DNA of 64,000 bases, from NCBI RefSeq assembly GCF_004010195.1, contig NC_057718.1, positions 27,401,088-27,465,087 on the forward strand, in the 5' to 3' direction. The notes beneath the pieces are model-generated. The model had not been told where the DNA came from. It was given only the letters and a program-made list of their open reading frames with translations, and did not search any database. Shown in pieces: positions 1-11,713 of the stretch (positions within the stretch are counted from its first letter, which is position 1; each line of letters starts with the position of its first letter). The stretch is from Chiloscyllium plagiosum. Lineage: Eukaryota. A program made the translations under genes and the position numbers.

Positions 1-335
1 CTGTATTTTCTGACAGTCCCTTATGCTTGTGCTGCCCACATCAATCTTCGTGTCATCTGCAAACTTGCTGATCATACCAACAGTGCCCTCTTCCAGATCA
101 TTTAGGTATATTACAAACAACAGTGGCCCCAACACTGACCTCTGTGGAACACCACTGGTCACCTTTCTCCATTTTGAGAAACTCCCTTCAACTACTACTC
201 TCTGTCTCCTGTTGCTCAACCAGTTCTTTATCCACCTAGCTAGAACGCCCTGTACACCATGTGACTTCACTTTCTCCATTAGTCTACTATGGGGAACCTT
301 ATCAAATGCCTTACTAAAGTCCATGTATATGACAT
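1..335 (-). mobile_element. CR1-clade LINE RT fragment
   Basis: Minus strand encodes YMDFSKAFDKVPH...SGVPQRSVLGPLLFVIYLNDL...KFADDT. Confidence 0.9.
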
Positions 336-609
336 AAAGTGCATAAGACGTGTAAAACACACAAATTACAGTGTAATAAAAGAATGATAACTAATAGACA
401 TTGTTCTAGTGGCAATCCGAAGTTGTGCAAAGAATTTCAGATAGAAAAGAATTTCACTATTGCCTGCATCATGTTCCCTCACTCACTGTGACTCACTCCA
501 ACCCTGGAAACCACTAACCCTGCATGCTTTCTGCACCATCTACTCCCTCACTCACAACTCTCAATTTTTTCATTTGTACTGTCTGCCTATCTTTCATTCT
601 GTGAAGAAA

Positions 610-848
610 GGTAAGGTAAAGTCACCACTGTCTTTACTAGACCATAGAGTTACACTCCCATTAGAGAGAGAGAGAGAGTGAGGGAGAGAGATATGAAGTG
701 TGGTGGCTTAACCTGAGGCTCACTGTGCCTCAACTGAGGGGAAAGGTTGAGAAGAAGAGTCCTTCATGGTAACCTGAGCCAGTGCAGGAATTGAACTCAC
801 ATGTTGATGTCACTCAGCATCATAAACCTGCTGTCCAGCCAACCAACT
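610..848 (-). mobile_element. tRNA-derived SINE with internal (GA)n tract
   Basis: B-box-like GTTCAATTCC on the minus strand; homologous copy at about 14793-15000; (GA)n at about 663-690. Confidence 0.65.
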
Positions 849-2539
849 CTCTTCTTTGAGGATATCAGTTCATAAGAGGTGAGAAGAGTATCAAGGTGAG
901 CTACCTGTCATTTGGCTCCTCACTGCTTATGAGGAAAGGATCATGACTCTGACTACCCCGAGCAGGGCCTGGAGTGATAGCGGGGCTGTCCTTGACTTAC
1001 TGTTCCAGGAACCCCTGAGTGAAGTTCTGCTGACAACTGGGTCAAGCTTTCTAACTTTGTGTCTGTTCAGTGACAAGGCAAGGCACAACCTGGTATCTCC
1101 GACTGAGGGAAAAGTGCAAAAGGCAAGTTGAGACAATACAAAGCAGGGTTGCTGTGAGCATCTAGCTCGGTTTAAAATATATAAGCACGATAACAGTGAG
1201 CAAAGAGCCAGAATTAATATGAATAAAAACTACGTGGATGAGCACTTGAAATGACATTACGTTCAAGATTAATGGCCTTGTGCTAGATTTTCACAGTACA
1301 GACTCAATGGTTCAAAGGGCCTCTTCTGTATTGTATGATTCTATGATTCTATTTCTTTAGATGCAGCCTGGCCCTGTCTATGAGATGGTATATGTCCTTG
1401 AGGACATATATCATGTGTGGGAACCTACCTGATTCATGCTGTAGCATTATAATGATATTTGGTGATGGAGCCCGAGGTGCAACCATGATGCGGGGGAAAG
1501 GTGGTAGTGGTAGGAACAACGAAAGGGAAGATTTGTGATGGAGTGGAGGCTGGGGGGATTAAATAAGAAGTGATGTCATAATGCAACAGAGAAAAAGAGT
1601 GTTAATAGATAGATCATATGACCAATGTTGATTGCAATAAAACCCCATCTTGTTCAATAATGTTCTTTTGGGAAGGAAATCTGTGTCTGCCATTCTTACC
1701 CAGTCTGACCTATATGTCATTCCAGATCCACAGCAATGTAGTTGATCCTTAACAGCCCTCAGGGCAATTAGGAATGGGGACTAAATGATAGAGAAGTGCC
1801 TATATCCTATGCTCAAACATGAAAAGAAAATGTATCTGAATAATTACCCAAGGAATACTAAAGGATTGATCAAGACCTGTTCAATCTCCTGAGAAACTGT
1901 ACTCCTAAAAGCCCAATCACTTACACTGATGTACGCCCCATGCAGCTATCAATTACTCCTTCCAACATTTGCCCCACAACAACTCTGAATATCTGAACAC
2001 CTCCCAGACATCCAACCCCCACCCCAATCACAACCTAATCTACAATCCCCACAACTCGACACCCAACTCACTGATATTCTGACCCACCCTATCTTCTCAC
2101 CCACTTAGCTGCCACCCGCCTTTATCCATTTCAGCTACTTGCCTGTCACACTATCCCTCACCCATCTGCCATTCTTAACTCTCACTTACCTAACAGCCTA
2201 GACACTATGCTACCATCTATTTGCTTTACACATTTACCTCCTCTCCATAAGCAGGCTTTAAATAGTGATTACTTACCATGATATGACATCTGATGATGTT
2301 AAGATGGACCAAGGCTTCTGTGAAGACCTCACTCTGAAGCTACCTGCATGATTTGCAGCACTGCATCTATTAGAAAGCCCATCTTGAAAGTCAAACCCAA
2401 AAAAATTTGTAGGACGGTAAGCACATAACCTTTTGTCTGATATGAGTTGGAAATAGGGAATTTACCCTGGATCAGAAAATTTGGGTTGATATTCTTTGCA
2501 GTGTTTTGACAGTTTAGCCTATCTATATTAATATTAAAC

Positions 2540-3330
2540 AATGAGAAGGGTAGTAATAGGAGGGTGTCGAAGAGTGGTGAGATAGACAGGCACACGACAG
2601 ATGAAGCTTAATTGAGAGAAGTGTGAAGTAATGCATTTTATTGGGAAGATTGAGGAAAGGAAATATTAACAAACTGATACAATTTTAAATAAGATGCAGG
2701 AACAGAAAGACCTGCAGGTGTATGTACACAGGTAACTGCAGGTGACAGGACAAATTGAGAAGGCAGACAGGCTCCTATATAATTAATGGCATTTGGAGAC
2801 ATGGTAATTATGCTAAACATTTATAATATTTTGGTTAGGCCCAGCTGAAATATACCACACTTGGTCACCATACTTCAGGAAATATTGCGAGTGTGCAATA
2901 GAAACTAACTGCCTTTATACTAAGGATAAAAAGTTTCAGTTACTTGATGAGACTGGAGAAATAGGGAAAGGTAAGGGAAGTCAAAATTATGAATGGGTTT
3001 GATAAAGTAAATAAAGAGAAATTGTTTCCAGTGGCAAAAGAGACAGTAACCAGAGGATTGACCCTTTGTAAGGGAGTTAGCGAAAGAACCAGAGCTGACA
3101 TAAAGAAAAATATTTTATGCAACTCGTGTTAATGATGTGGGATGTTCAAACTGAGAGGGTGGTGAAAGCAGATCCAACAATAATGGTGGCAAAGGGGAAC
3201 TGGATAATATCTAATGGTCAGATATTTACAGGGATATCAGGAATGAATGGAGGAGTCGGTCTAATCAGGTAACTCTTTCAAAGAGCAGGCAATAGCACAA
3301 TAGGCTGAATGGCCTTCTTCTTCAAACTAT
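2540..3330 (+). mobile_element. degenerate CR1 3' region
   Basis: Remnants of KCEVMHF and LVRPQLKY, and a ...ggctgaatggcct... 3' end. Confidence 0.7.
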
Positions 3331-4328
3331 GTAAAACATTGCCAAGTAGTTAGATTATGTGTGTTTTGTTTTTGTGTTTTCCTTGTTCCAAATAAAACAG
3401 GTTTTATCATGATGCACTTGTATAGTATGATCTGTGTGTAAAGCACGTAAGACAACACTTTTCACTGTATCTCGGTACAGGTGACAATAATAATAAATCA
3501 AATCAAATTTTTTACTCTGTTTCTGAAGCTCATTTTCTTTGTTTTTGATTCTAAAAGTAGAACATGTAAAATATTTTTAAAATCAGCTATTAAAAGAAAA
3601 GATTTTAAGGATCCTAAAGTATTTTTTGTTGAACTTTGCCATGATGCTTACCTTGCATCCTTCCTGTTCTGTGAGTTTTTCAGTGATATTTCAAGTACAG
3701 ATAAAGGATTTTTTTTGACAGGAAAACAACCTTGCACCTTCAAGAAGAGCTTAGGAATTTGAACAAACAGACAACAAACAAGTGTTATTTCAGAATTTTC
3801 TATAAATCTGGATATCTGTGTACCTTGTGGATTTGTTCAAAAGTACTGGCTAGATTTGTTTCCAGAACTCTCAAACCCATGAAAATTATGGTGCTGTTCT
3901 GCAGGTCAATAATGTTAAATGGACTGATATTATTTCAGTGACATACTTTTGACACTCTTGAAACTGGTCTGGGTTCCTATTCCATTTATCAAAATGATTA
4001 TGTATCTCATCTTTATCAGGAAACCCCTTTTTAGAAAATAATTGATGAATGGTGTAGCACAAGGTTTAAACTAAACATAAAGAACAGATTGGAGAATGGT
4101 TTAAAATAATCTGAGATGAAATAGCTGCCATACAATAATTATCATAGCATTTCAATTTACATGTTTCAATTTACTATGAAGTTATTAATAAGACAATTAT
4201 CGTGTATTGATTGCAACTGTCCATGTCTTCTTCAGTAAAACAAGCAAGAGTATCAGACCTTTAAAGCCTTTCATTTCACTTAACGTATAATTCATGAAAT
4301 AATGCATTCTTAAACCTTGTTGTTTCAG

Positions 4329-4397
4329 GAAACTGTACAAAAATGGATTTGAAAATGTGCAAAGCCATGCATTCAACGCAACAAAGCTGGATAAACT
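4329..4397 (+). CDS. LHCGR: LH/CG receptor internal LRR exon (equivalent to human exon 7)
   Basis: tttcag|G...CT|gtatgt; 69 nt, phase 2-2; encodes KLYKNGFENVQSHAFNATKLDK(L), matching LHCGR KLYGNGFEEVQSHAFNGT. Confidence 0.92.
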
Positions 4398-5068
4398 GTA
4401 TGTCGTGATTACTGCTTGACTCTATTCAATATTGAACATGGATAGTTTTCTCATAGTCAGTGCCCTTTAAAAACAATTTAAACCAGAAACTGCTATAGTT
4501 GTAATTTGTTTTGCACGTTTAGAATTCCACTTTGGCGTCTTTGAAGGACAGTACAGAAAAACAGAATGCTAAGCAGGTAGTTTGCAAGCCAGAAGATAAA
4601 TCCAAGGTTTTCAATCACAGATAACAAAAATGCAAATACAAGTGCAATACAATATCTCTCAAAGTTCAATTTTGTGAATGCATTTTACGATGAAAACACA
4701 ACATTTTAAGTCAAAGAATAAAAATTGTGAATTTAAGGAATTTATTGATGATATGAGGAAATATATTTTTACAGCTTTATCAGTTGAAACAGAGCAGATA
4801 AACATATCCAATGACCTATTCAAATACAGGTTGGAGATGGTTGTTTCATGTTATTAGCTTGTGAGGAAAGTGCATTGAAACTTTGAGAATCTTTTAAAAT
4901 TAGAAGTAACCCAGCCCACATAATTCTCTGTTCATTAAATGCTGCAAAATTATAAACCATGGGGCAAGGAGAGGGTGAAGATTCATTTTGTGCAATAAGC
5001 AATAAAATTATGGAGATCCTAATTATAGATGCATCTATAATTTCATTTTAAAAAATCAAATTTCTTTA

Positions 5069-6400
5069 GAACATAAGACATAGAACAATACAGTGCAGAA
5101 CAGGCCCTTTGGCCCTCGATGTTGCGCCAACCTGTGAACTATTCTCAGCTCGTCCCCCTACACTATCCCATCATCATCCATGTGCTTATCCAAGGATTGT
5201 TTAAATCTCCCTAATGTGACTGAGTTAACTACATTGGCAGGTAGGGCATTCCACACCCTTACCACTCTCTAAGTAAAGAACCTACCTCTGACATCTGACT
5301 TAAATCTATCACCCCTCAATTTGTAGTTATGCCCTCTCATACAAGCTGATGTCATCATCCTAGGAAAAAGACTTTTGCTATCTACCCTATCTAATCCTCT
5401 GATCATCTTGTATGTCTCTATCAAATTCCCTCTTAGCCTTCTTCTTTCCAATGAGAACAGACCCAAGTCTCTCAGCCTTTCCTCATAAGACCTTCCCTCC
5501 ACACCAGAAAATGTGTTGCTGGAAAAGCGCAGCAGGTCAGGCAGCATCCAAGGAGCAGGAGAATCGACGTTTCGGGCATGAGCCCTTCTTCAGGAATGAA
5601 GAAGGGCTCACGCCCGAAATGTCGATTCTCCTGCTCCTTGGATGCTGCCTGACCTGCTGCGCTTTTCCAGCAACACATTTTCAACTCTGATCTCCAGCAT
5701 CTGCAGTCCTCACTTTCTCCTTTTTTCCCTCTTCGTAAATCTCCTCTGCACCTTTTCCAATGCTTCCACATCCTTCCCGAAATATGGCAACCAGAACTGT
5801 ACACAATATTCCAAGTGTGGCCGCACTAGCGTTTTGTATAGTTGCAACATGATATTGTGGCTCCGGAACTCAATCCCTCTACCAATGAAACCTAACACAC
5901 CATATGCCTTCTTAACAGCACTATTCACCTGGGTGGCAACTTTCAGGAATCTATGCACATGAACTCCAAGATCCCTCTGCACATCCCATCTGCCAAAAAA
6001 CTTTCAATTGACCCAGTACTCTGCCTTCCTGTTATTCTTCCCAAAATGCATCATCTCACATTTAGCTGCATTGAACTCCATTTGCCACCTTTCAGCCCAG
6101 TTCTGCAGTTTATCCAAGTCCCCCTGCAACCTGTAACCCCTTCCATTCCGTCCACTACTCCACCGACTTTAGTGTCATCTACAAATTTACTAATCCATCC
6201 ACCTATGCCTGCGTCTAAGTCATTTATAAAAATGACAAACACCAGTGGTCCTTGTGGCACACCACTAGTAACCGGTCTCCAGGCTGAATATTTTCCACCA
6301 CTCGCTGCCTTTTTTCAGAAAGCCAGTTTCTAATCCAAACTGCTAAATCACCCTCAATCCCATGCTTCTGCATTTTCTCCAACAGCCTACCATGTGGAAC
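5069..6400 (-). mobile_element. CR1 LINE 3' part (5'-truncated), interrupted by a PLE fold-back
   Basis: ORFs 6051-6260, 5710-5982 and 5269-5547 carry KFVDDTK, LVRPHLEYCVQFW and FSLERRRLRG; tail repeats near 5070. Confidence 0.92.
5507..5725. mobile_element. Penelope-like pLTR fold-back mini-element with hammerhead motif (family A)
   Basis: 86-nt arms 5507-5592 and 5597-5682 (2 mismatches); minus-strand CTGAAGA-AGGGCTCATGCCC-GAAACGTC at 5566-5593. Confidence 0.85.
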
Positions 6401-7256
6401 CGCGGAGAAACACATTTCTAATTTTGCTACACCTACAACAGAGAAATCAGAATCTAACAAAAATTTGCATTAATTATTAATTCAGAGAAATAGAGAAATA
6501 CAGAAAATAGAAGTAAGTGTCCATTCCAATCTGCTCAGCCATTCAATATGATCATGTAACTCAGTATCCTGGTCCTGCTTCCTCCTCATATCATTTGTTT
6601 CCTTTAGCCCTAACAACTATATCTAACTCCTTCTTGAAAACATTCATTGTTTGGCCTCAACCGCTTTCTCTGGCAGAGAATTCCACAGGCTCAACACTCT
6701 CTGGGTGAAAAGAATTGTCCTCATCTGTGACCCTTGATTCAGGACTTCCCATTAACATGTTGAAATTCCCCAAGACACAAACAGAAATATTAATAAAATA
6801 CGATTTACACTGAGCCACAGTACAATGTATTAGGCAAAGTAGGTTTAAGTGAGCATCTTAAAGAGAAGAGAGGTAGAGAATTGGAGATATTTAGGACAGG
6901 ATTTCCAAATATATGGCCTCAGCGGCTAAGGGCATATCCGAAAACTCAAAACTATGGGCATTGTGTAGGATGCCAGGATTAGAGGAGCTCAAGTGTTGTA
7001 GGCTGGAATATGTTACAGTGCTGGGGAAAGGCAGGGTTATAGAAAGATTTTAAAGCAAGGATGAGAAACTTAAAATTAAGTGAGATTATGGGTGAATGGC
7101 ACTTGCAGTGAGTTTGGATACAGGCTCAGAGTTTTGGTTGAGCTGATGTATATGGAGGATGGAAGGTCAATTCAATTTGAGCTGTCGCTATTGTACTAGC
7201 CTTCTGTCAGCTGGTTAGAAGAAGCTTAGTCTAATGGCTGCTTTTGTCTGTTGAAG

Positions 7257-7613
7257 ACAAAAAAAAACTGCAGATGCTGGATTCCAAGGCAAGACAAGCA
7301 GGAGCCTGGAAGAACACAGCAAGCCAGGCAGCATCAGGAGGTAGCAAAGTCAATGTTTTAGATATAAGCCTTCTTCAGGAGTGGGGGTGCATGTAAGGTG
7401 TGAGGGAATCAGATTCATTCTTCCCATCAACCAACCAGATTGTACCCTCTACCTGTGTTTATCTACCCCCACCTCACTGCCCTGCCCCCCCACCCTCTTT
7501 ATCTGCAGCTTCCACTAAATCCGCCCCCAGTCCTGAAGAAGAGTTATACCCGAAACGTTGACTTCTCAACCTGCCTGGCTTGCTTTGTTCTTCCAGCTTC
7601 CTGCCTGTCTACC
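7257..7613. mobile_element. Penelope-like inverted-end mini-element with hammerhead motif
   Basis: 14-bp TSD TTTGTCTGTTGAAG (7243-7256 / 7614-7627); inverted ends; HHR motif at 7529-7563. Confidence 0.8.
7529..7563 (+). ncRNA. minimal type I hammerhead ribozyme motif
   Basis: AGTC-CTGAAGA-A-GAGTTATACCC-GAAAC-GTT-GACT: 4-bp stem I (AGTC/GACT), imperfect stem II and palindromic ACGT stem III. Confidence 0.7.
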
Positions 7614-10499
7614 TTTGTCTGTTGAAGGCATCAGGAAACTTCAAATACTTCCTCAGCTAGGGCCAAAATTTTCAGACATTCAGACTGTACATGTACTTTA
7701 AATTTCAAACTCCATCGCCCCAGCACAGGGGGGCCAGTGTGAGACTGGATCGGCAAGCGCAACTCCTGGCTCAACAGCACAATATTGAAATAAATCATCC
7801 CTTGGAATCTCAGTAACTTTTTCCAGTAAATTATGAAAATAACCAACTTTTTGTGGAGTTGAAAGAGAAAGGCTCAACAGTCAAGAAGTGTAACAAAAAG
7901 GCAGTGGTCAGTTTTCCTAAAGAAAAGATTTTAAAACTTCTTCTGCATATAATTAATCCAGTCAGGTCATTCTGAAACTTTAGCCAAGCTACAGTGGGTC
8001 TTTTAGCTAAATTCTTTCTTGATTTATTATTTCAGCCTCACATCTGGAAACAATAATCACACACTCAAGATAACTAATGCCTTCGCGCTTGCATTTTCAA
8101 AAAATTATAATTTCAGGATTATTTTGCCTCTTCTCCAAAGATTATGCTGTGAAAAGATAATGCCCTTGCTGTCAGTATATTTAAAGTATGTATTCCACAT
8201 GTACATAATAAGTAGTTCTTATTCTTGTTATTTTCTGATAAGCAACTCAAGGGGTTATGACCCATTTTAAAACAGATGTTATAACAAAACAATCACAAGG
8301 GCAAATTCAAACTACCAAGCTATTATTAAGACTGGAATTAAGGAAATAATTTGATCTCAGGCAACAAAATGCTTTCATTCATGTTAAAATTTGTTCCTTT
8401 CGACTATTCTACTGCCTCAGTGACTGTCATGAGGTTTTAGCTTTGCGTAAAAAACAATTTTCCCAATTCCTAAATGACCCTCTCTCCCCCAGCTCAGGAT
8501 TCTGAACTATACTGTAATTCTCTTCGAAAGTTCTTTCTTCTTTTGAAGCTGTACCTTCTGGTTGGACTCTCACAAACTTATAGATTTTTCTTAATGGCTA
8601 ACTACCAAGAAATCAGGTCGAAAGGAGAGCTGCAGGGATCAATCCTGGAGTCTTATTGGGAAAGACACATAGTATGTTGTAGCCAAATTTGCTGATAGTA
8701 CAAAAATGGGTAGGAAAGCAAATTGGGAGGAGAACTGAAAAAAATCTACAAAGGAATTACAGAACGGTTATGGAAATGTAAGTGGGCAAATGAATGATAC
8801 TGTGGTAAATGTAAAGGATGGCCATGTTGGTGGGAAGGATAGTAAAGCAGAATATTTGTTAAATAGAGAGGGAGAGAGAGAGACTGCTGAATGGTATTGG
8901 GAAATACTCCACGTCATGATATATATTTAATTGTTTTACTCAGTTCCTGATATGGCTAATCTTTAGCTTTCTCTATATTAGCCTTGGAATACAAAGATCC
9001 ATTACTTTAACATCCATTTCTTTAATAAACACAAAATTATTGATTTATTATAAAACAATATTTATACCATGAAGATGCAGAGTAGTTTAACACAGGTAAT
9101 TTAAACATAACAATGTTCACCCCTCTAAATAACCCCAAACACAAACACACAAACCCACACCCATTCACACCAGGAAAAGAGGAAAGACAAGATTCCTGAA
9201 GAGATTCTCTTTGAGACATAAATGCTTTTGGCCAATAACTCTTAGTTCTTGAAGGAAAAATGAAGATAAGGTATGAGCTATTCAATGATGAATGTTGACT
9301 TGACATGTGCAGACTACTTCCACCAACACAGGGATCTTTGTTCCTAGGATCTTTGCAAATGTAGCTTATTCAGGAAACATAGGATTCTTTTAACACCCTT
9401 TGAGAGTACAATCAGGTTTCACAACTGGATTCACAACAAGGATTTTTCAACTAAATATCCAAAACTATCTCCAATATTGCAAAACATTTTTCAAACCAAC
9501 AACCATGAAATCCAGTCATTTAAACAGGCCTTTTGCCTGAAGTGAGTTCAGGCAACCAAGACCAGCAATTATGTAGAACCGTATGGTTTCAACACATCCC
9601 CTTTTTTAAAAAAAAAACATTCCTTTCTGTCTTTTCTTTTAAGTTTGAAAAGAAGCAAATTCAGGTATCTCATTCTAACTCAAGTCCACAAATGTTATTA
9701 AATGTGAATCATCATGACACCCTCATGTGGCTTAATTGAGTACCTACCACAGCTAGTCAGATCACCAGACCCCATTGTCCAGCTTCCTGCTGGATTTCAT
9801 AGAGCCTGGCAATGTAATGTACAACCAAAATATTCGGATATCCATCCCACTTCCATTTAAGAATGTGTTTTTCAAGGGCTCCTCTTTGATTTTCAGGAGC
9901 AACATTTTGGTTTTCAGAGATTTTTTTTCACTCTCACTAATTCCTTTATAAGGTGATAAGAGTTATGTAACAATATTTTTTGCATTTATGTTGATGTATG
10001 GAGCATTTGGACTCGCACAGAAGCAGAATTAGAATAATTCATCAACATCATCAATAATAATCAAGTTTGAAACCATCCTTTGTTCTTTGCAGCCCATACT
10101 CTCTCTTCCCATTTTTGTAGCCCCCCCCCCCCGCCGTCTCTCCCAACTCCTATTGCAACTCTCCACTCTTACCCAAGCCCTTGTGGCCTTCCCGTCTTTC
10201 CACCTTCACTACAGCAATCACTAAACCCCCACCCCTTATGGTTCTCATAACTCCCACACCTCTTGCAGCCTCCCAGCACTCCCCAACCTTTTGTGTTAAA
10301 GTCTCTCACTTGCTTAAGCACAAAAAAAACCTGCATTTGGCAAGTTAAATTTAACATTGATGTACTGCACAAAGTATATGATGTATGAATGTGTTAAGTC
10401 TTGAGGATTACACATGCCGAGTGATTTATGGAATTTCTTTGCTGCAGCACTCAATGCTTTAAATGATATATTAATTGATATTCTTTGTGTACAATTGTT

Positions 10500-11128
10500 A
10501 ATGTTATATTGTAGAAAAGATATGAATGCATTGGAGAGATTGCATAAAGAGTGCAGAAAATGTTTACTAGAATACTACCTGGACTGGAAGATTTGAGTTA
10601 TAAGGAGAAGTTGGATAGGCTGGGACTTTTTTTCCCTGGAGCACAGGAGACTGAGGGGTGACCTTATAGAGGTCTTATAAAATCATAAGAGGCATAGAGA
10701 AGGTAGATAGCCAACAGCTTTTCCCCATGGTGGGGGAGTCTAAAACTAGGGGCCAGCAATTTAAGGTGAGAGGGGAGAGATACAGAAGAGTCCAGGAGGG
10801 TAATTTTTCACACAGAGGTTGGTGAGTGTCTTGAACAGGCTGACAGAGGCAGTGGTCCTGAAGAAGGGCTTATGCCCGAAACGTCGATTCTCCTGTTCCC
10901 TGGATGCTGCCTGACCTGCTGCGCTTTTCCAGCAACACATTTCCAGCCGTGACAGAGGTAGTGGTGCAGGCGAGCGCAATGTTATCATTGAAGAAACATT
11001 TAGACAGGCACATAGGTGTGGAAGGATATGGACCAAACACAGGCAAATGGGACTCGTTTGTGAAAACTGGGTGGCAGGGAAAGATTGGGCCAAAGGCCTG
11101 TTTCCATGCTGTAAACCTCTATGACTCA
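10500..11128 (+). mobile_element. CR1 3' end, interrupted by a 93-nt PLE insert
   Basis: Remnant of LGLFSLEHRRLRGDL; ends ...ggcctgtttccatgctgtaaacctctatgactc. Confidence 0.85.
10857..10949 (+). mobile_element. 93-nt hammerhead-bearing PLE pLTR insert (family A)
   Basis: 16-bp TSD TGACAGAGGYAGTGGT (10841-10856 / 10950-10965); begins CCTGAAGAAGGGCTTATGCCCGAAACGTC. Confidence 0.88.
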
Positions 11129-11638
11129 CAGTGATTTACAAGAATGGCTCCAGGAATGAGAAATATGAGGACAGATTGAAGAAGTTGAGACTGTTCTCTG
11201 TGCACAGAAGGCTGAGACAAAAGTTGATAGAGGTTTTCAAATATTGAGTGGGCTGGATACAGTAGACAGGGCCACGCTGTTCCTGCTTGTAAAAGAAAAA
11301 AGAACAAGAGAGCATAGATTTAAAATAATATGCAAATGAAGCAAGGGTGATGCTAAAAAAACAGTTTCAAACATCTAAAAGGTAGGGTATGGAGTGCACA
11401 GCCTGGACATCTGTTGGCAGGTTCAATTGTGGCATTCATGAGAGCATTGGTTGATTCTTTGGATAGAAATGGTGTGAACGGATATGAAGAAAAGGCAGGA
11501 GATTGGCACGAGGTAATTGAATTGGTGCACCTGCATGTGCCGAATAGCCTCCTTCTGTGGTAACAATTCCATGATTCTGTGAAGTTTATTCTTTATTTCT
11601 TTCAACATTTAACAAAACTTAATGTTTTTTTATTGCAG

Positions 11639-11713
11639 GGAACTTAATGATAATAAAAATTTAAGGTCAATACACAATGATGCTTTTAGAGGAGCTATTG
11701 GACCAGGTGTATT
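11639..11713 (+). CDS. LHCGR: LH/CG receptor internal LRR exon (equivalent to human exon 8)
   Basis: ttttttattgcag|G...TT|gtaagt; 75 nt, phase 2-2; encodes ELNDNKNLRSIHNDAFRGAIGPGV(L), cf. LHCGR [25 protein letters not shown]. Confidence 0.93.

Noticed and set aside
3652..3749. Possible antisense exon within an LHCGR intron (AAG|gtaagc donor on the minus strand)
   Set aside because: Acceptors are weak (AAG) and there is no recognisable product or partner exon
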